IMG/VR virus record: IMGVR_UViG_3300037319_000172 | Span: 1 to 64,000 of that record | DNA length: 64,000 nucleotides | Source: a virus | Reading direction: 5' to 3' (one strand) | In this document: positions 9,148 through 18,594 of the stretch, piece after piece | Position numbering within the stretch: the stretch's first letter is position 1 | How the letters are laid out: the number at the start of each line of letters is the position of its first letter | Made by a program: the position numbers and the translations under genes | Notes under the pieces: generated by a model | What the model was told of the DNA's origin: nothing | What the model saw: only the letters and a program-made list of their open reading frames with translations | The model's database searches: none

Positions 9148-9795
9148 TTATAGTAATGCTGATTCAAAAGCGGCAACGTGGTCTACTGTTACGTCTCCTA
9201 TCTCTGTTTTTGTAAATGAATCCGTTATTCCAAATCCAGCAACTGTTGTTGGTTTAGAAAATAATTGATCAAATGTAGTTTCATGTGGATTAGCATCTTT
9301 AATTTGTGAATGGTCAAATGCAGTTCTACCTCTATCTCCCCTGTACGCTGTAGAAGAAGTTTCTCCTAATGCTAAAGACTTAGATATTTCAACATATCCA
9401 CTACCTGTCCATCTGTATGTTATATTATCATCTAATGTTACATAAATAACACTTGTTTCACCAGAGACTGGTAAACTAGAAAAGTCAGCTGATTCTAATA
9501 CATCATCAACATAAGCGGGTAAGTGTGCTGCGGGAATCTTAGCACTAGAGTCTAATGGCGCATATCCATTTGCCTGTCCTTTGTTGTTTACATCTTCAGG
9601 AGTATATCCTAAATCTGCTTGCTTTGTATCTACATCTGCCTTAAGAGAGTTGATTGCTGCTAAAATACTAGTTTTAACTGTTGTTGTCAGTGCTGATAAA
9701 CTACCGGATGCATTACCAGTGATTATACTCTTTACTGTTTTAAATTCCGTTGCTACTCTTGTAGTTAAATCGGAAATTCTTTGAATTAAGCTCAT
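9148..9795 (-). CDS. Head/tail fibre-like protein
   Basis: LSALTTTVKTSILAAINSL, KGQANGYAPLD...LPAYVDDVLE, TYRWTGSGYVEISKSLALGETSSTAY and KPTTVAGFGITD are recurrent phage fibre motifs. Confidence 0.6.
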   Translation of the reverse strand: MSLIQRISDLTTRVATEFKTVKSIITGNASGSLSALTTTVKTSILAAINSLKADVDTKQADLGYTPEDVNNKGQANGYAPLDSSAKIPAAHLPAYVDDVLESADFSSLPVSGETSVIYVTLDDNITYRWTGSGYVEISKSLALGETSSTAYRGDRGRTAFDHSQIKDANPHETTFDQLFSKPTTVAGFGITDSFTKTEIGDVTVDHVAAFESALL

Positions 9796-9831
9796 TGTTT
9801 ACTTTTTTGTTTATTTATTTTGGTACAGGGG

Positions 9832-10152
9832 TTATACTAGTGCATTTTCAAATAAGAGAGACATATTACCTATTTCTATTTGAGATAGATCAGCCTTTAA
9901 TTCTAATTTAATATTATTATCTTTTATTGTTTCAAATATAGATAAATCTTGATCCGGCGCAAAATTATCAGGGTTTGATGCTGAATAAAATTCAGAAGCA
10001 TTTAATCCATTTAAAGTGTTTGCGTCAATATTTAATAATTCTCCTATACCGTTGTAGTATAATCCATCGACAATTTGTACTAACCTTTGATACGTTGCAG
10101 AAACTTCTGCTTCGGTTAAATCTAGAGTATTAATGTCTTCTGCTGGGTCCAT
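9832..10152 (-). CDS. Small structural protein of the fibre cassette
   Basis: DANTLNGL fibre motif; C-terminus IGNMSLLFENALV parallels IGDVTVDHVAAFESALL; late promoters at 10175-10182 and 10220-10227. Confidence 0.5.
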   Translation of the reverse strand: MDPAEDINTLDLTEAEVSATYQRLVQIVDGLYYNGIGELLNIDANTLNGLNASEFYSASNPDNFAPDQDLSIFETIKDNNIKLELKADLSQIEIGNMSLLFENALV

Positions 10153-10227
10153 ATTACTTATGTTTTTATAGTATTATATATCTAATTTTTATTGGTTATG
10201 TTATTATTATATTACATTCTATATATC

Positions 10228-11727
10228 TTATTCAAAGGTTACTCTTTTAATGTTATATTCGAATTTTTCTTGTTTATATATTGATTGCCTAACTTTACCA
10301 TGTTTCCATAAGTAGTTATCCCACTCTTGTGTTCTAATGTTATCAACAAAGTCAATAATTAAAACTTTATCCTTGGACTCATGTTGTCTTAAACCACGTC
10401 CAATTGACTGTCTAATGATTACTTCCGATTTAAACGATTCCGTAAAGAAGATACTGTGGATTTTCTTAATAGAGATACCTGTCGAGAACGTACCGTAACT
10501 CGCGACAATAACAACTTCGTCTCCTGATTCCATTTTCTTTTTGTATTCTTCCCTAATATCTTTGTCAGTTCCACCGTCAACGTAGTAAACTCTTTTATTA
10601 CTTTCTTGTCTAAGCTTCTCGTATAATCTCTTACCATGTTCAATCCTATGGAAAAGTACAAGGGAATTACGGGGTACTCTACCAATAACACTCGAAATAA
10701 ACTCGAGGCGAGCGTCGCTAGTGATGACAAAATGTTGTTCCAATTGAAATACATCTTTATTTTCATATTTGTTTTGTGCTAATTCTTGAAAAGCTAGCCT
10801 CTGTGAGTCTGTTGCGTAATTCATTTCAATTACCTTTACAAAACACTTCGCAATATGTCCTTGTTCTTGTAAAAAAGCTGCTTTAACTTCACTAATTACA
10901 GGGCCAGTCTGACTCATTAGTGTTAATTTATCTAGAGTTCCATCCTTAGGGATAGTACCTGATAAACCAAATTTATATTGTGCATTAGTACACTTTTGTA
11001 GAATTGTTTTAATTGAAGCACTTTTAGCTTTATGTGTTTCATCGACAAGTACTGCGTCGAATTGCGCAAAATACTCAGCATCCTTCTTTGTAAGAGACTG
11101 GTACGTTCCAATTATAATATTCTTGTTTGATTTGATTTTTTGACCTGCGAATATCTGTTGAATCTTTAGTGGGATTCTATTCATATAATTATAGTCATGA
11201 AAATCCTCATGTGCTTGTATTACTAATGAAACATTAGGTACAATCATTAAGATTTTTTCTGCCTTTCCTTTTTCTAACATATACGCTATCGTTAGAAAAC
11301 TAATAAGGGTCTTACCTGCGGACGTAGCAAGCTCTGCAAGGCACTTTCTAAATTTAAGTATATTATATGCCGTCTCTATCTGATAGTCCCTTGGAGTGAT
11401 CTCTGCGCCTTTAAAGAAGTCGTTAGCCCATTGTTCAAACTTCTCCGCGTTTATATTAGGATCTAGTAAACGTTTGATTCCGTTTATCTCAATTTCTAAA
11501 TTATAATCTTTACAAACTTGAAGAACGTATCTCCATAGACCTGCGGGAATCCATTTGTCATCTTTGATATAAGAAACATAACCATCCCATACTCCTCTCT
11601 TTACTAACGGGTTAAATCTCCAGCTGTCGATTCTTTTCGTCAGGGAGATTGTAATCTGTTCTAATTCAAGTTCAGTTGCATCGTCAATTCGTAGGAATTG
11701 ATTATCTTCTGTTAATGTTAGTATCAA
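10228..11727 (-). CDS. uvsW: UvsW-like superfamily 2 DNA helicase
   Basis: PRDYQ Q-motif, ATSAGKT Walker A, DETH box, GLSGT, YGTFSTGISIK and QSIGRGLR; TTG start. Confidence 0.92.
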   Translation of the reverse strand: MILTLTEDNQFLRIDDATELELEQITISLTKRIDSWRFNPLVKRGVWDGYVSYIKDDKWIPAGLWRYVLQVCKDYNLEIEINGIKRLLDPNINAEKFEQWANDFFKGAEITPRDYQIETAYNILKFRKCLAELATSAGKTLISFLTIAYMLEKGKAEKILMIVPNVSLVIQAHEDFHDYNYMNRIPLKIQQIFAGQKIKSNKNIIIGTYQSLTKKDAEYFAQFDAVLVDETHKAKSASIKTILQKCTNAQYKFGLSGTIPKDGTLDKLTLMSQTGPVISEVKAAFLQEQGHIAKCFVKVIEMNYATDSQRLAFQELAQNKYENKDVFQLEQHFVITSDARLEFISSVIGRVPRNSLVLFHRIEHGKRLYEKLRQESNKRVYYVDGGTDKDIREEYKKKMESGDEVVIVASYGTFSTGISIKKIHSIFFTESFKSEVIIRQSIGRGLRQHESKDKVLIIDFVDNIRTQEWDNYLWKHGKVRQSIYKQEKFEYNIKRVTFE

Positions 11728-11744
11728 TATTCATGAAACTATTT

Positions 11745-12173
11745 TTATATTCTTGTCATATCGAGGCGATTCTTTATTGCAAAGCCCATATTGTCAAGTG
11801 TTTTCACGGTTGCCTCAAAAAAAGACTTCTGTGTTTCTAGTAAATCTAGTAGTTGATTATCTTCTGCTAGATCTGCTAATAGGAATTTCTCCCGTTGTTT
11901 ATCAGTTAACTTGTAATCGTATGTATAATACTCTATCCATTTTGTTTTATACTTCTGATCAACAGAAGTTTTCTGAGCTCGTATTCTAATAGACATTGAT
12001 GCTAAATTTTCAACTAGTATTTGTCTATAACTTAACGAGTAAGAACTTACCTGTTCTAACTGATTACCTAGTTTCAACTCTACAGTTAATCCCTTGATCT
12101 TATCAGTCCAATCCAGTCTTTGTTTACCTAAATATTCGTCTAATTTAAGTATTTTATCTTTTAAATCTGCCAT
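11745..12173 (-). CDS. UvsY-like recombination mediator
   Basis: 142 aa helical protein ending MGFAIKNRLD (cf. T4 UvsY C-terminus); adjacent to uvsW as in T4-like phages. Confidence 0.6.
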   Translation of the reverse strand: MADLKDKILKLDEYLGKQRLDWTDKIKGLTVELKLGNQLEQVSSYSLSYRQILVENLASMSIRIRAQKTSVDQKYKTKWIEYYTYDYKLTDKQREKFLLADLAEDNQLLDLLETQKSFFEATVKTLDNMGFAIKNRLDMTRI

Positions 12174-12181
12174 TAGTTAAT

Positions 12182-12406
12182 TTAAAATAGTGAGTTTTTA
12201 TTGTTGTTTTTAAAATTCTTAACGTATACTGTTGTATTAATCTTCTTTTTAAACTTAGGTTCTGGCATAACTATTTGTTTTTCGTTATAGTCTACAATAG
12301 AACTTTCAAAGCTAATAAGCTGTTTAAGGTTTTTTCTACGGTTTCGATCTTGTTCAAATTCTTCGAATTCTTCATCGATCATATCAATTATGTCTATTTT
12401 TGTCAT
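12182..12406 (-). CDS. Hypothetical protein
   Basis: 74 aa ORF overlapping the primase stop. Confidence 0.6.
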   Translation of the reverse strand: MTKIDIIDMIDEEFEEFEQDRNRRKNLKQLISFESSIVDYNEKQIVMPEPKFKKKINTTVYVKNFKNNNKNSLF

Positions 12407-13521
12407 AGGTAAAATGCGTCAAGTTTTGAATCACTGAAATATTTTGAGAGATCTTTAATACAATCATCTTTTAAATAATAAGCAATTCTGACTAAATCAT
12501 TTAAGTCACCTAGTTCTTTAGGATATTTATCTCTATTTTCTTTGTCAATAGAATCTAGATACTTTTCCCATCTTGTATCTAATTTTGTTTCGTTAAAGAA
12601 CTTACCCCACATAAATATCTCTTTACCTCTTTTAAGTTTCTCCATCATCTTCTTTTTACCAGTGGTATCATTATCAAACATGTAACGGATGGTTGGAATT
12701 TCATCAAACTCTTCTGTGGATCTACCAGCAGTCGCTAATCCGATACTATTTTGCATAAACATCGCATCAATAGGTCCTTCAAACATTGTTACTTGTCTTT
12801 GTAAATCAACTCGAAGTATACCAAATAATGTAGATACTTTTTTAAGGCTAATTAATTCTTCTATAGAAACTCCGATATCTTTTTTCATCTCTTGATATAT
12901 CTTTTCAATATCATAAGTTAAATATCTAGCGCTTTTATATTTAGAAAGGGCTCGTGTTTGAAATCCAATAACTTTATTATTAGGAGCAACATTAAGAACT
13001 ACCATTCTCTTGTCTTTAGGAGAATACATAAAGTTTTCAAGCTTGTGCGATAACATTCTTCCTCTTAAATAGAAATAACCAGGATCTCCTGTTTCTATTT
13101 CTTTAAATCCAAAATATTTAATAAGATCTTCTCGTGTAGGTGCTAAATCGTATATCTTTTTAAAAACATCATGCTCTAATACTTCTACTGATTCTGCTGA
13201 AATTTTATGTTCTTGTATAAAATCAATAACTTTGATAGAATCTTCACGATCTTTAAAACCGACATGATGGTCTTTCAATAAACTATATACATCACCGTGT
13301 TGGCTACAGTTAAAACAATGAAATTGTAAACTATCCCAGTATATACTTCCTCTTTTCTTATAAGTATCTGTAAAACTATCACCACAATATGGACACGCAA
13401 GTGCAAGCCTTCCCGGCATTTCCTTAAGCATTCTTTTATTAGGATCTGTATGTTGTGTAGTTACAACTTGTTTTATTAAACTTCTGATCTTAGATTTTAA
13501 TGACTCGTCTATGTTACTCAT
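12403..13521 (-). CDS. DNA primase (T4 gp61-like)
   Basis: CPYCGDS...FHCFNC zinc finger, GFQTRAL, TOPRIM EGPIDAMF and FDND, C-terminal DLND. Confidence 0.9.
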   Translation of the reverse strand: MSNIDESLKSKIRSLIKQVVTTQHTDPNKRMLKEMPGRLALACPYCGDSFTDTYKKRGSIYWDSLQFHCFNCSQHGDVYSLLKDHHVGFKDREDSIKVIDFIQEHKISAESVEVLEHDVFKKIYDLAPTREDLIKYFGFKEIETGDPGYFYLRGRMLSHKLENFMYSPKDKRMVVLNVAPNNKVIGFQTRALSKYKSARYLTYDIEKIYQEMKKDIGVSIEELISLKKVSTLFGILRVDLQRQVTMFEGPIDAMFMQNSIGLATAGRSTEEFDEIPTIRYMFDNDTTGKKKMMEKLKRGKEIFMWGKFFNETKLDTRWEKYLDSIDKENRDKYPKELGDLNDLVRIAYYLKDDCIKDLSKYFSDSKLDAFYL

Positions 13522-13542
13522 TATTTTTAAATTTATAATATA

Positions 13543-13591
13543 AAAAGAAAACTCCTCTGATGTAATTTATAAAAAAACATTGAGGAGTTTT
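13543..13591 (-). terminator. Intrinsic terminator downstream of ssb
   Basis: AAAACTCCTC (13548-13557) / GAGGAGTTTT (13582-13591) inverted repeat, followed by a U-rich tract on the minus strand. Confidence 0.65.
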
Positions 13592-13610
13592 TATTAAGTA
13601 GTATTATATT

Positions 13611-14549
13611 TTAGATATCTAAATCGTCTAAGAAAGAATCTAAATCGTCGCTGCTATCAGCTGATGCTGCTGGAGATGGATTAACTGTATCTTCTTTTGG
13701 AAATTCAAAATCTTGTCCTCCGTCAGTTCCTTGAGCTACTGCAGCTTTTTGTTTAGGAGCTGGAGTTGCTTTTGGTTTTGAAACAACCTTATCCATTGAA
13801 CTACCTGGATTTAGATATTGTCTTAATATTCCATTAACAAAGTCTCTTGCGTCTCCGTCCCATGCTTTATATTCATAAGGCTCTAAAGAAGGTGCAGCTT
13901 CTAATTCAGCTTTAATTGCTGTCATAGATTCTTTATTTCTTTCTGCTGGTTCTCCTTCAATTGTAATAGATGAAGTGTTAGCTGAGAATTTAGATTTATC
14001 GTAGTTGTTGTATTCACCTTGTCTTGTGATGATTAGCTCAAAGTTTTTACCTCCGAATAAATCGAATACTTGAGTTGGTTCACCGAATGCAGGCTTTAAT
14101 TCCTCATCAATTTTCTCTTTGATTTTGTAACCAAATTTGTAAACCATATACTGGCCTTCCATTGCTGTGTTTTGAGGATCTTTAACTACTTTAATAAGTG
14201 CGTAGTATTGTTCACGTCTTTTAAGTTTCTCACTCATCTTACGATCTACTGCTGAATCACTGTTACGTAATTTAAAGAAAGATTCCGCAATCGGACATGT
14301 TTCTCCAACAGAGCTAGGTGAATCGACTAATCGACCATTACCTGATGCGTCTGTTAACCAGTGTACATACTTTTTAATTAATGAGTTACGTGGATTTGAT
14401 GGATTTGGAACAAAACGTATTAATGCTTTATATGTCCCATCTTTACCTTGGTCTGCACTAGGTTTATAGATTACATCAGTTTTTGCTTGTTGTTCATGTG
14501 TGTCGACGTCTGTTACGCCTAAATTGAAAATGTCAAATGAGTCTGCCAT
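13611..14549 (-). CDS. Single-stranded DNA-binding protein (T4 gp32-like)
   Basis: ALIRFVP, CPI, YKFGYKIKEKI, VFDLFGGKNF and NYDKSKF motifs; acidic tail DDLDSFLDDLDI. Confidence 0.9.
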   Translation of the reverse strand: MADSFDIFNLGVTDVDTHEQQAKTDVIYKPSADQGKDGTYKALIRFVPNPSNPRNSLIKKYVHWLTDASGNGRLVDSPSSVGETCPIAESFFKLRNSDSAVDRKMSEKLKRREQYYALIKVVKDPQNTAMEGQYMVYKFGYKIKEKIDEELKPAFGEPTQVFDLFGGKNFELIITRQGEYNNYDKSKFSANTSSITIEGEPAERNKESMTAIKAELEAAPSLEPYEYKAWDGDARDFVNGILRQYLNPGSSMDKVVSKPKATPAPKQKAAVAQGTDGGQDFEFPKEDTVNPSPAASADSSDDLDSFLDDLDI

Positions 14550-14630
14550 GTCTTTAATTCTTTTAATTTGTTAAACTTTAAATTCGTTGATCGTTAATTC
14601 TTTCGGTACCGTTTATAACTTTCATGTTAA

Positions 14631-14658
14631 TTATACTTGATTACTTGTAAAAGTTTCA
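14631..14658 (-). promoter_or_regulatory. Middle-type promoter AAAC-N17-TATAA upstream of ssb
   Basis: TGAAAC-17 nt-TATAA; same spacing at 54453, 55194 and 62183. Confidence 0.6.
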
Positions 14659-14670
14659 AATTTAATTAAA

Positions 14671-14859
14671 CTATATATCAAAATTATACAGGGCTCCCTC
14701 TTCGTCTACAAATGACTTTCCGTCCGCTGAGACTGCGAGTCCAGCCTTCTTTAATAGCTCTAAGCTTTCTTTTTTTGTTATTCGATCGGTCGAGACCATT
14801 AAGTCTAAAGTACGTTTTAAGTTCATGAGTTCACAGGGTGCTATCTTTTTGTTATACAT
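14671..14859 (-). CDS. Hypothetical protein
   Basis: 62 aa ORF. Confidence 0.55.
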   Translation of the reverse strand: MYNKKIAPCELMNLKRTLDLMVSTDRITKKESLELLKKAGLAVSADGKSFVDEEGALYNFDI

Positions 14860-14891
14860 TATTACTATTATTAAATTTATTTAGATGTTTA

Positions 14892-14920
14892 TGAAACTTT
14901 CTACCCGGATGGCAGTATAA
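14892..14920 (+). promoter_or_regulatory. Antisense-oriented middle-type promoter-like site
   Basis: TGAAACTTT...GTATAA with an 18 nt spacer on the + strand, closely matching the ssb promoter. Confidence 0.4.
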
Positions 14921-14942
14921 GTTAAGTCTTTAAGTCTGAAAG

Positions 14943-15593
14943 TTAAATATGATCCAAGGTCTGAACGTAAGAGTTCAAGAAGTAAGCATCTACTAAATCA
15001 TCGAACGGCTTTGGGATCTTCAAGGTTTCACCGATTTCGTTAACACAAAAAAGAAGGAAGTCCGAGGCTCTAACAATCTCATCTGTTCCGGTTCCGCCTT
15101 CAATAAAGACTTTCCATAACTGAGACTTATTCATGTTACCTTTTCCTGCATGTTTCTTGATTGTTGATGGTGCGACCGTTTCGATTGTTATTGGATTAAA
15201 CTCTTCAAGAATTTTAAGTTTAAGGATTGCGGCGCCAGCTGCCATGTCTATTATATTATTAGTTCCTTGTTTAGAACCAAAAGAAGTTCCTTCAAAAGCA
15301 AAAACAAATTGAGTCTCTCCTTTAGTGAATTCTTTAATAATGTCTATGATATCGTTTGCTGATGTGATATATCTATTGATCTTACCTAATTCAACTGATG
15401 AATAAGCTCCAACGTTTGTAAAATCAGGTTGCTCTTTTAAAACAACATCAGAAAGTAGAGCAATGTCTTCTTGGATCCTTTGTTCTTTTTTGGTTCCTGA
15501 TTTTGGTTTTAAATAAGAAATGAAATGATACTTGTCTTTAAAGATACAAATACCCGGTGAGTTTAATGAAAAATCTATTGTAACGTAAGTCAT
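14943..15593 (-). CDS. RuvC-like Holliday junction resolvase
   Basis: IDFSLNSPG first catalytic strand, AFEG, APSTIKKHAGKGN and DDLVDAY. Confidence 0.8.
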   Translation of the reverse strand: MTYVTIDFSLNSPGICIFKDKYHFISYLKPKSGTKKEQRIQEDIALLSDVVLKEQPDFTNVGAYSSVELGKINRYITSANDIIDIIKEFTKGETQFVFAFEGTSFGSKQGTNNIIDMAAGAAILKLKILEEFNPITIETVAPSTIKKHAGKGNMNKSQLWKVFIEGGTGTDEIVRASDFLLFCVNEIGETLKIPKPFDDLVDAYFLNSYVQTLDHI

Positions 15594-15962
15594 TTATAAA
15601 GCTTTACCGATTGCAGCACCTAAAGCGGCACCAACTAATCGTGAGGTTAACATACTGTAAAATACTCCTTTTTCTATACCTAATACTTTAGCTATAGTTT
15701 TACCAATGGTTTTACCTAAGGCAAATCCAGATAATCCTCCGAATATAGAACCAAACATTCCTTCGTTTGTCATCTCACTATTAAGAGCGTCAATATCAAA
15801 TGATCCGTCTTCGTTTTTATATTCTTTAACGAATTCTTCTAGAGCTAAATCTACTTTTTCTTCAAGTTCTGAAGTCCATTCTATTTCTAAAGATTCCTGT
15901 AGAATTTGAAGTTCTTCGTTAGTAGCGTCGGCGTCTGCCATGTAATCTAAAAATGTTTTCAT
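15594..15962 (-). CDS. Putative packaged protein with acidic pro-region and C-terminal glycine-zipper membrane segment
   Basis: MKTFLDY start; acidic half ending TNE, then GMFGSIFGGLSGFALG...VGAALGAAIG; late promoter 4 nt before the ATG. Confidence 0.6.
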   Translation of the reverse strand: MKTFLDYMADADATNEELQILQESLEIEWTSELEEKVDLALEEFVKEYKNEDGSFDIDALNSEMTNEGMFGSIFGGLSGFALGKTIGKTIAKVLGIEKGVFYSMLTSRLVGAALGAAIGKAL

Positions 15963-15974
15963 ATAGTATATATC

Positions 15975-16523
15975 TTAATCTATTTCTAGTTTTAAATTGA
16001 ATTTATTATAAAAGAAATTAATCTCAAACGTATTAAACTCTGCAATATTAGAACTCATGTTAAGATCTAATGCAGATAAAGAGTTCATTAAAGGTTTTTC
16101 AAAAACAGCACTCATAACATGAATTCCTTCAGCATCAAGTATCTGTAATTTTAAATCATCTAAGAATTGTTTATTATCTACTGCACTATAATACAATATA
16201 GTGTCTTGCATTATCCAGTAATTAATAAAGCCATCTAGTATTTGCATTTCTACAGTAAACTGTCTCTCTATTGTATTTTGTATAGGTGGAGCCCCTTTAT
16301 AATATGATATAGTACCATCGTTTGTTGATTGCGATACTGGCTCAAATGATAAACCTGGAATACCAATACCTTGAATTGAATAGTTTATAAAATCAATAGG
16401 CTCAGACATTAAGTTTCCTGGCATTCTATTTAAATACTTTTTATACTTGTCAGCAACTTCCTTAGGTATAAAATTTCTAGGGAATTTAAAGTTAAATAAA
16501 TTGTTTCTACTGTTTAATATCAT
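15975..16523 (-). CDS. Tail tube-fold protein (T4 gp3 tail-completion-like)
   Basis: NYSIQGIGIPGLSF and KLQILD...LSALDL...FEINFFY pattern of the gp3/gp19 fold. Confidence 0.55.
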   Translation of the reverse strand: MILNSRNNLFNFKFPRNFIPKEVADKYKKYLNRMPGNLMSEPIDFINYSIQGIGIPGLSFEPVSQSTNDGTISYYKGAPPIQNTIERQFTVEMQILDGFINYWIMQDTILYYSAVDNKQFLDDLKLQILDAEGIHVMSAVFEKPLMNSLSALDLNMSSNIAEFNTFEINFFYNKFNLKLEID

Positions 16524-18577
16524 TATATGATGTTTACTTTTCCGTAATATAATAAAGACTCTGTTTCTCCGTTCTTTAAATTAATGTAAAACCTATCTGG
16601 ATTTGCATTAGTATCTTTTCTATCGAATCTGTTAGCAACTGCCTTAGTTACTTTAAATAATACTTCTCCTTTTCCTAGATCTACATCTGGAAAATTAGGA
16701 TCATGATAAATTTGTTGCTCTACTTCTCCGCTTTTAATTATAAGAATAATATCTTCAGCATTAACAAGACTTATAGATTCTAGTGTATCTCCCTTTGGTT
16801 TTGCAATACTAAATTTAATAAAGTTATCAGATACTTTTGAAAGCTTTATAATAGACTCTCCTTCTTCTTTATAATTAATCTCGTTTGTAACACTTGCTTC
16901 AGTTCCTTCTAATGTTACGTTAGTAGATCCTGCTAGAATACCATAAGTATCTAGTGCGACCGGAACGTATTTAGTTTCACCAATTGAAGGTCTTACTGAA
17001 TTAATAAATTGATTTAGCTCTCTATTTACCTGTGTATTTGATAGCTTATTATAAACTACAGTAGGGGTAAAATTATCGCTTAAATTAATTTTACTCATTC
17101 TTCTTCCATATTTCTTAGGTTTATCATAAACTAAAGAAGCTACTTTTAATATTTGAGTATTATCTGTTTCATTGTAAATTCTCATATTAACAGTTAACAA
17201 AAAATTACTAGAAACTGCAGAGTTTAAAATTACAGGTCTATATATTATAGGTTCATCGTAATTTGCTACTTGAGAAAAACTAGTGCTATATGTGTTTATA
17301 TAATTTAAACCTAATTGCTCACTAACTTCTATATCGTAAAATACAGTGATGTCATCTCCTGAATTCTGAATTCTTCCGTTAACATAGTTTTCAAATCCTG
17401 AAGTAGAACCGTCTTTAGTTCCGTATATTTCAAAATAGTCTCCTAACTCGGACTCTTCTAGCGTTACTGCTATATCGACAAATTCATCTTCTCTAGACAG
17501 AGTTAATTCTTTAGAATCAGATATTTCTATATAGTCATATCCGTTTACTGTTTTAACTGTTTCTATTAATCCTAACTTTATTTCGTAGTTTGCTGAATCA
17601 TTTACAGCTGACTGTCCTGTTCCAAAGAAAGAATCATTGAATTCCTTATTTCTAGAAGCGTCATTCATGTAAACTAATGAAGGTACTTTTATCTCAATAT
17701 ATTTAGAAAAAGAACTATCAGCTAATACAAACGGTGTAGGGTTTTGAATTTCAAAACTAGATGAATTTAAATAAACTAAAGATGTAAAGTAATTATATGC
17801 ACCTTCTATTTCTTTTTTTGCTTTTACTTGAAAATTAAAACCTTCATATCCTCTTCCACTAAAAGAATAACCTGTTCTTAAATGAAGTCTTATTGTATCG
17901 TAATAAACAGCCTGTACTTCGTTTGACGGAACAACACTAATTGAATTATATCCATTCCATTCTGTAGAATTTAAATAATCTAAACTATTACCTAATAAGG
18001 CAAGTACTCCTTCATTATCTGTTGGAACTGCGTAATATCTTCCTCCTTCACCAGGTGCTGTTCTAATACTATTACCTGTTTCTTGCAAAGGTCTTGAGTA
18101 TAGTGAACTAGCTCTATCACCTACTGTTATATTTGCACCAACCTTAGAGGTGCCTGCGACGTCTCTATATAAATATTCATATTTACCATTAGTATTAGGT
18201 GAAAACGTTACGATCCCATTAATGGGAAGCTGTTGAACTCCTCCTATCATAAAACCGTAAATATTATCTATAGATGAATCTGTTACGTCAAACTTATAAG
18301 TTAATCCGTTCTTAAGAAAAAGTTCTCTTGAAGCAAAATTATTAATATAAACGTATCCATTTAAAGTAGTTACTGTAAAATTAACAACATCAGATCCTAA
18401 TTCATGAATTAACATCCTAGGAGAATCATCGTTGCCATCTACTGTATTTAAGTATTTTAATTGACTACCATTATCATCATTCTCGATCTTAGCCAAATCT
18501 GGCGTACTTTGATCGTTATAGATAAATTCTAATAAAACATCTTCGTCTAACCTTGCGAATTTTGATGATTGTGCCAT
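16523..18577 (-). CDS. Virion structural protein
   Basis: 684 aa beta-rich ORF in the tail/baseplate operon. Confidence 0.55.
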   Translation of the reverse strand: MAQSSKFARLDEDVLLEFIYNDQSTPDLAKIENDDNGSQLKYLNTVDGNDDSPRMLIHELGSDVVNFTVTTLNGYVYINNFASRELFLKNGLTYKFDVTDSSIDNIYGFMIGGVQQLPINGIVTFSPNTNGKYEYLYRDVAGTSKVGANITVGDRASSLYSRPLQETGNSIRTAPGEGGRYYAVPTDNEGVLALLGNSLDYLNSTEWNGYNSISVVPSNEVQAVYYDTIRLHLRTGYSFSGRGYEGFNFQVKAKKEIEGAYNYFTSLVYLNSSSFEIQNPTPFVLADSSFSKYIEIKVPSLVYMNDASRNKEFNDSFFGTGQSAVNDSANYEIKLGLIETVKTVNGYDYIEISDSKELTLSREDEFVDIAVTLEESELGDYFEIYGTKDGSTSGFENYVNGRIQNSGDDITVFYDIEVSEQLGLNYINTYSTSFSQVANYDEPIIYRPVILNSAVSSNFLLTVNMRIYNETDNTQILKVASLVYDKPKKYGRRMSKINLSDNFTPTVVYNKLSNTQVNRELNQFINSVRPSIGETKYVPVALDTYGILAGSTNVTLEGTEASVTNEINYKEEGESIIKLSKVSDNFIKFSIAKPKGDTLESISLVNAEDIILIIKSGEVEQQIYHDPNFPDVDLGKGEVLFKVTKAVANRFDRKDTNANPDRFYINLKNGETESLLYYGKVNII

Positions 18578-18594
18578 TATTTATTTTTATTATT

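Noticed and set aside
14943-15593. RuvC-fold protein as a TnpB/Cas12-like effector or transposase
   Set aside because: Only 216 aa, with no zinc finger, array or terminal repeats; it sits in a replication module, which fits a resolvase
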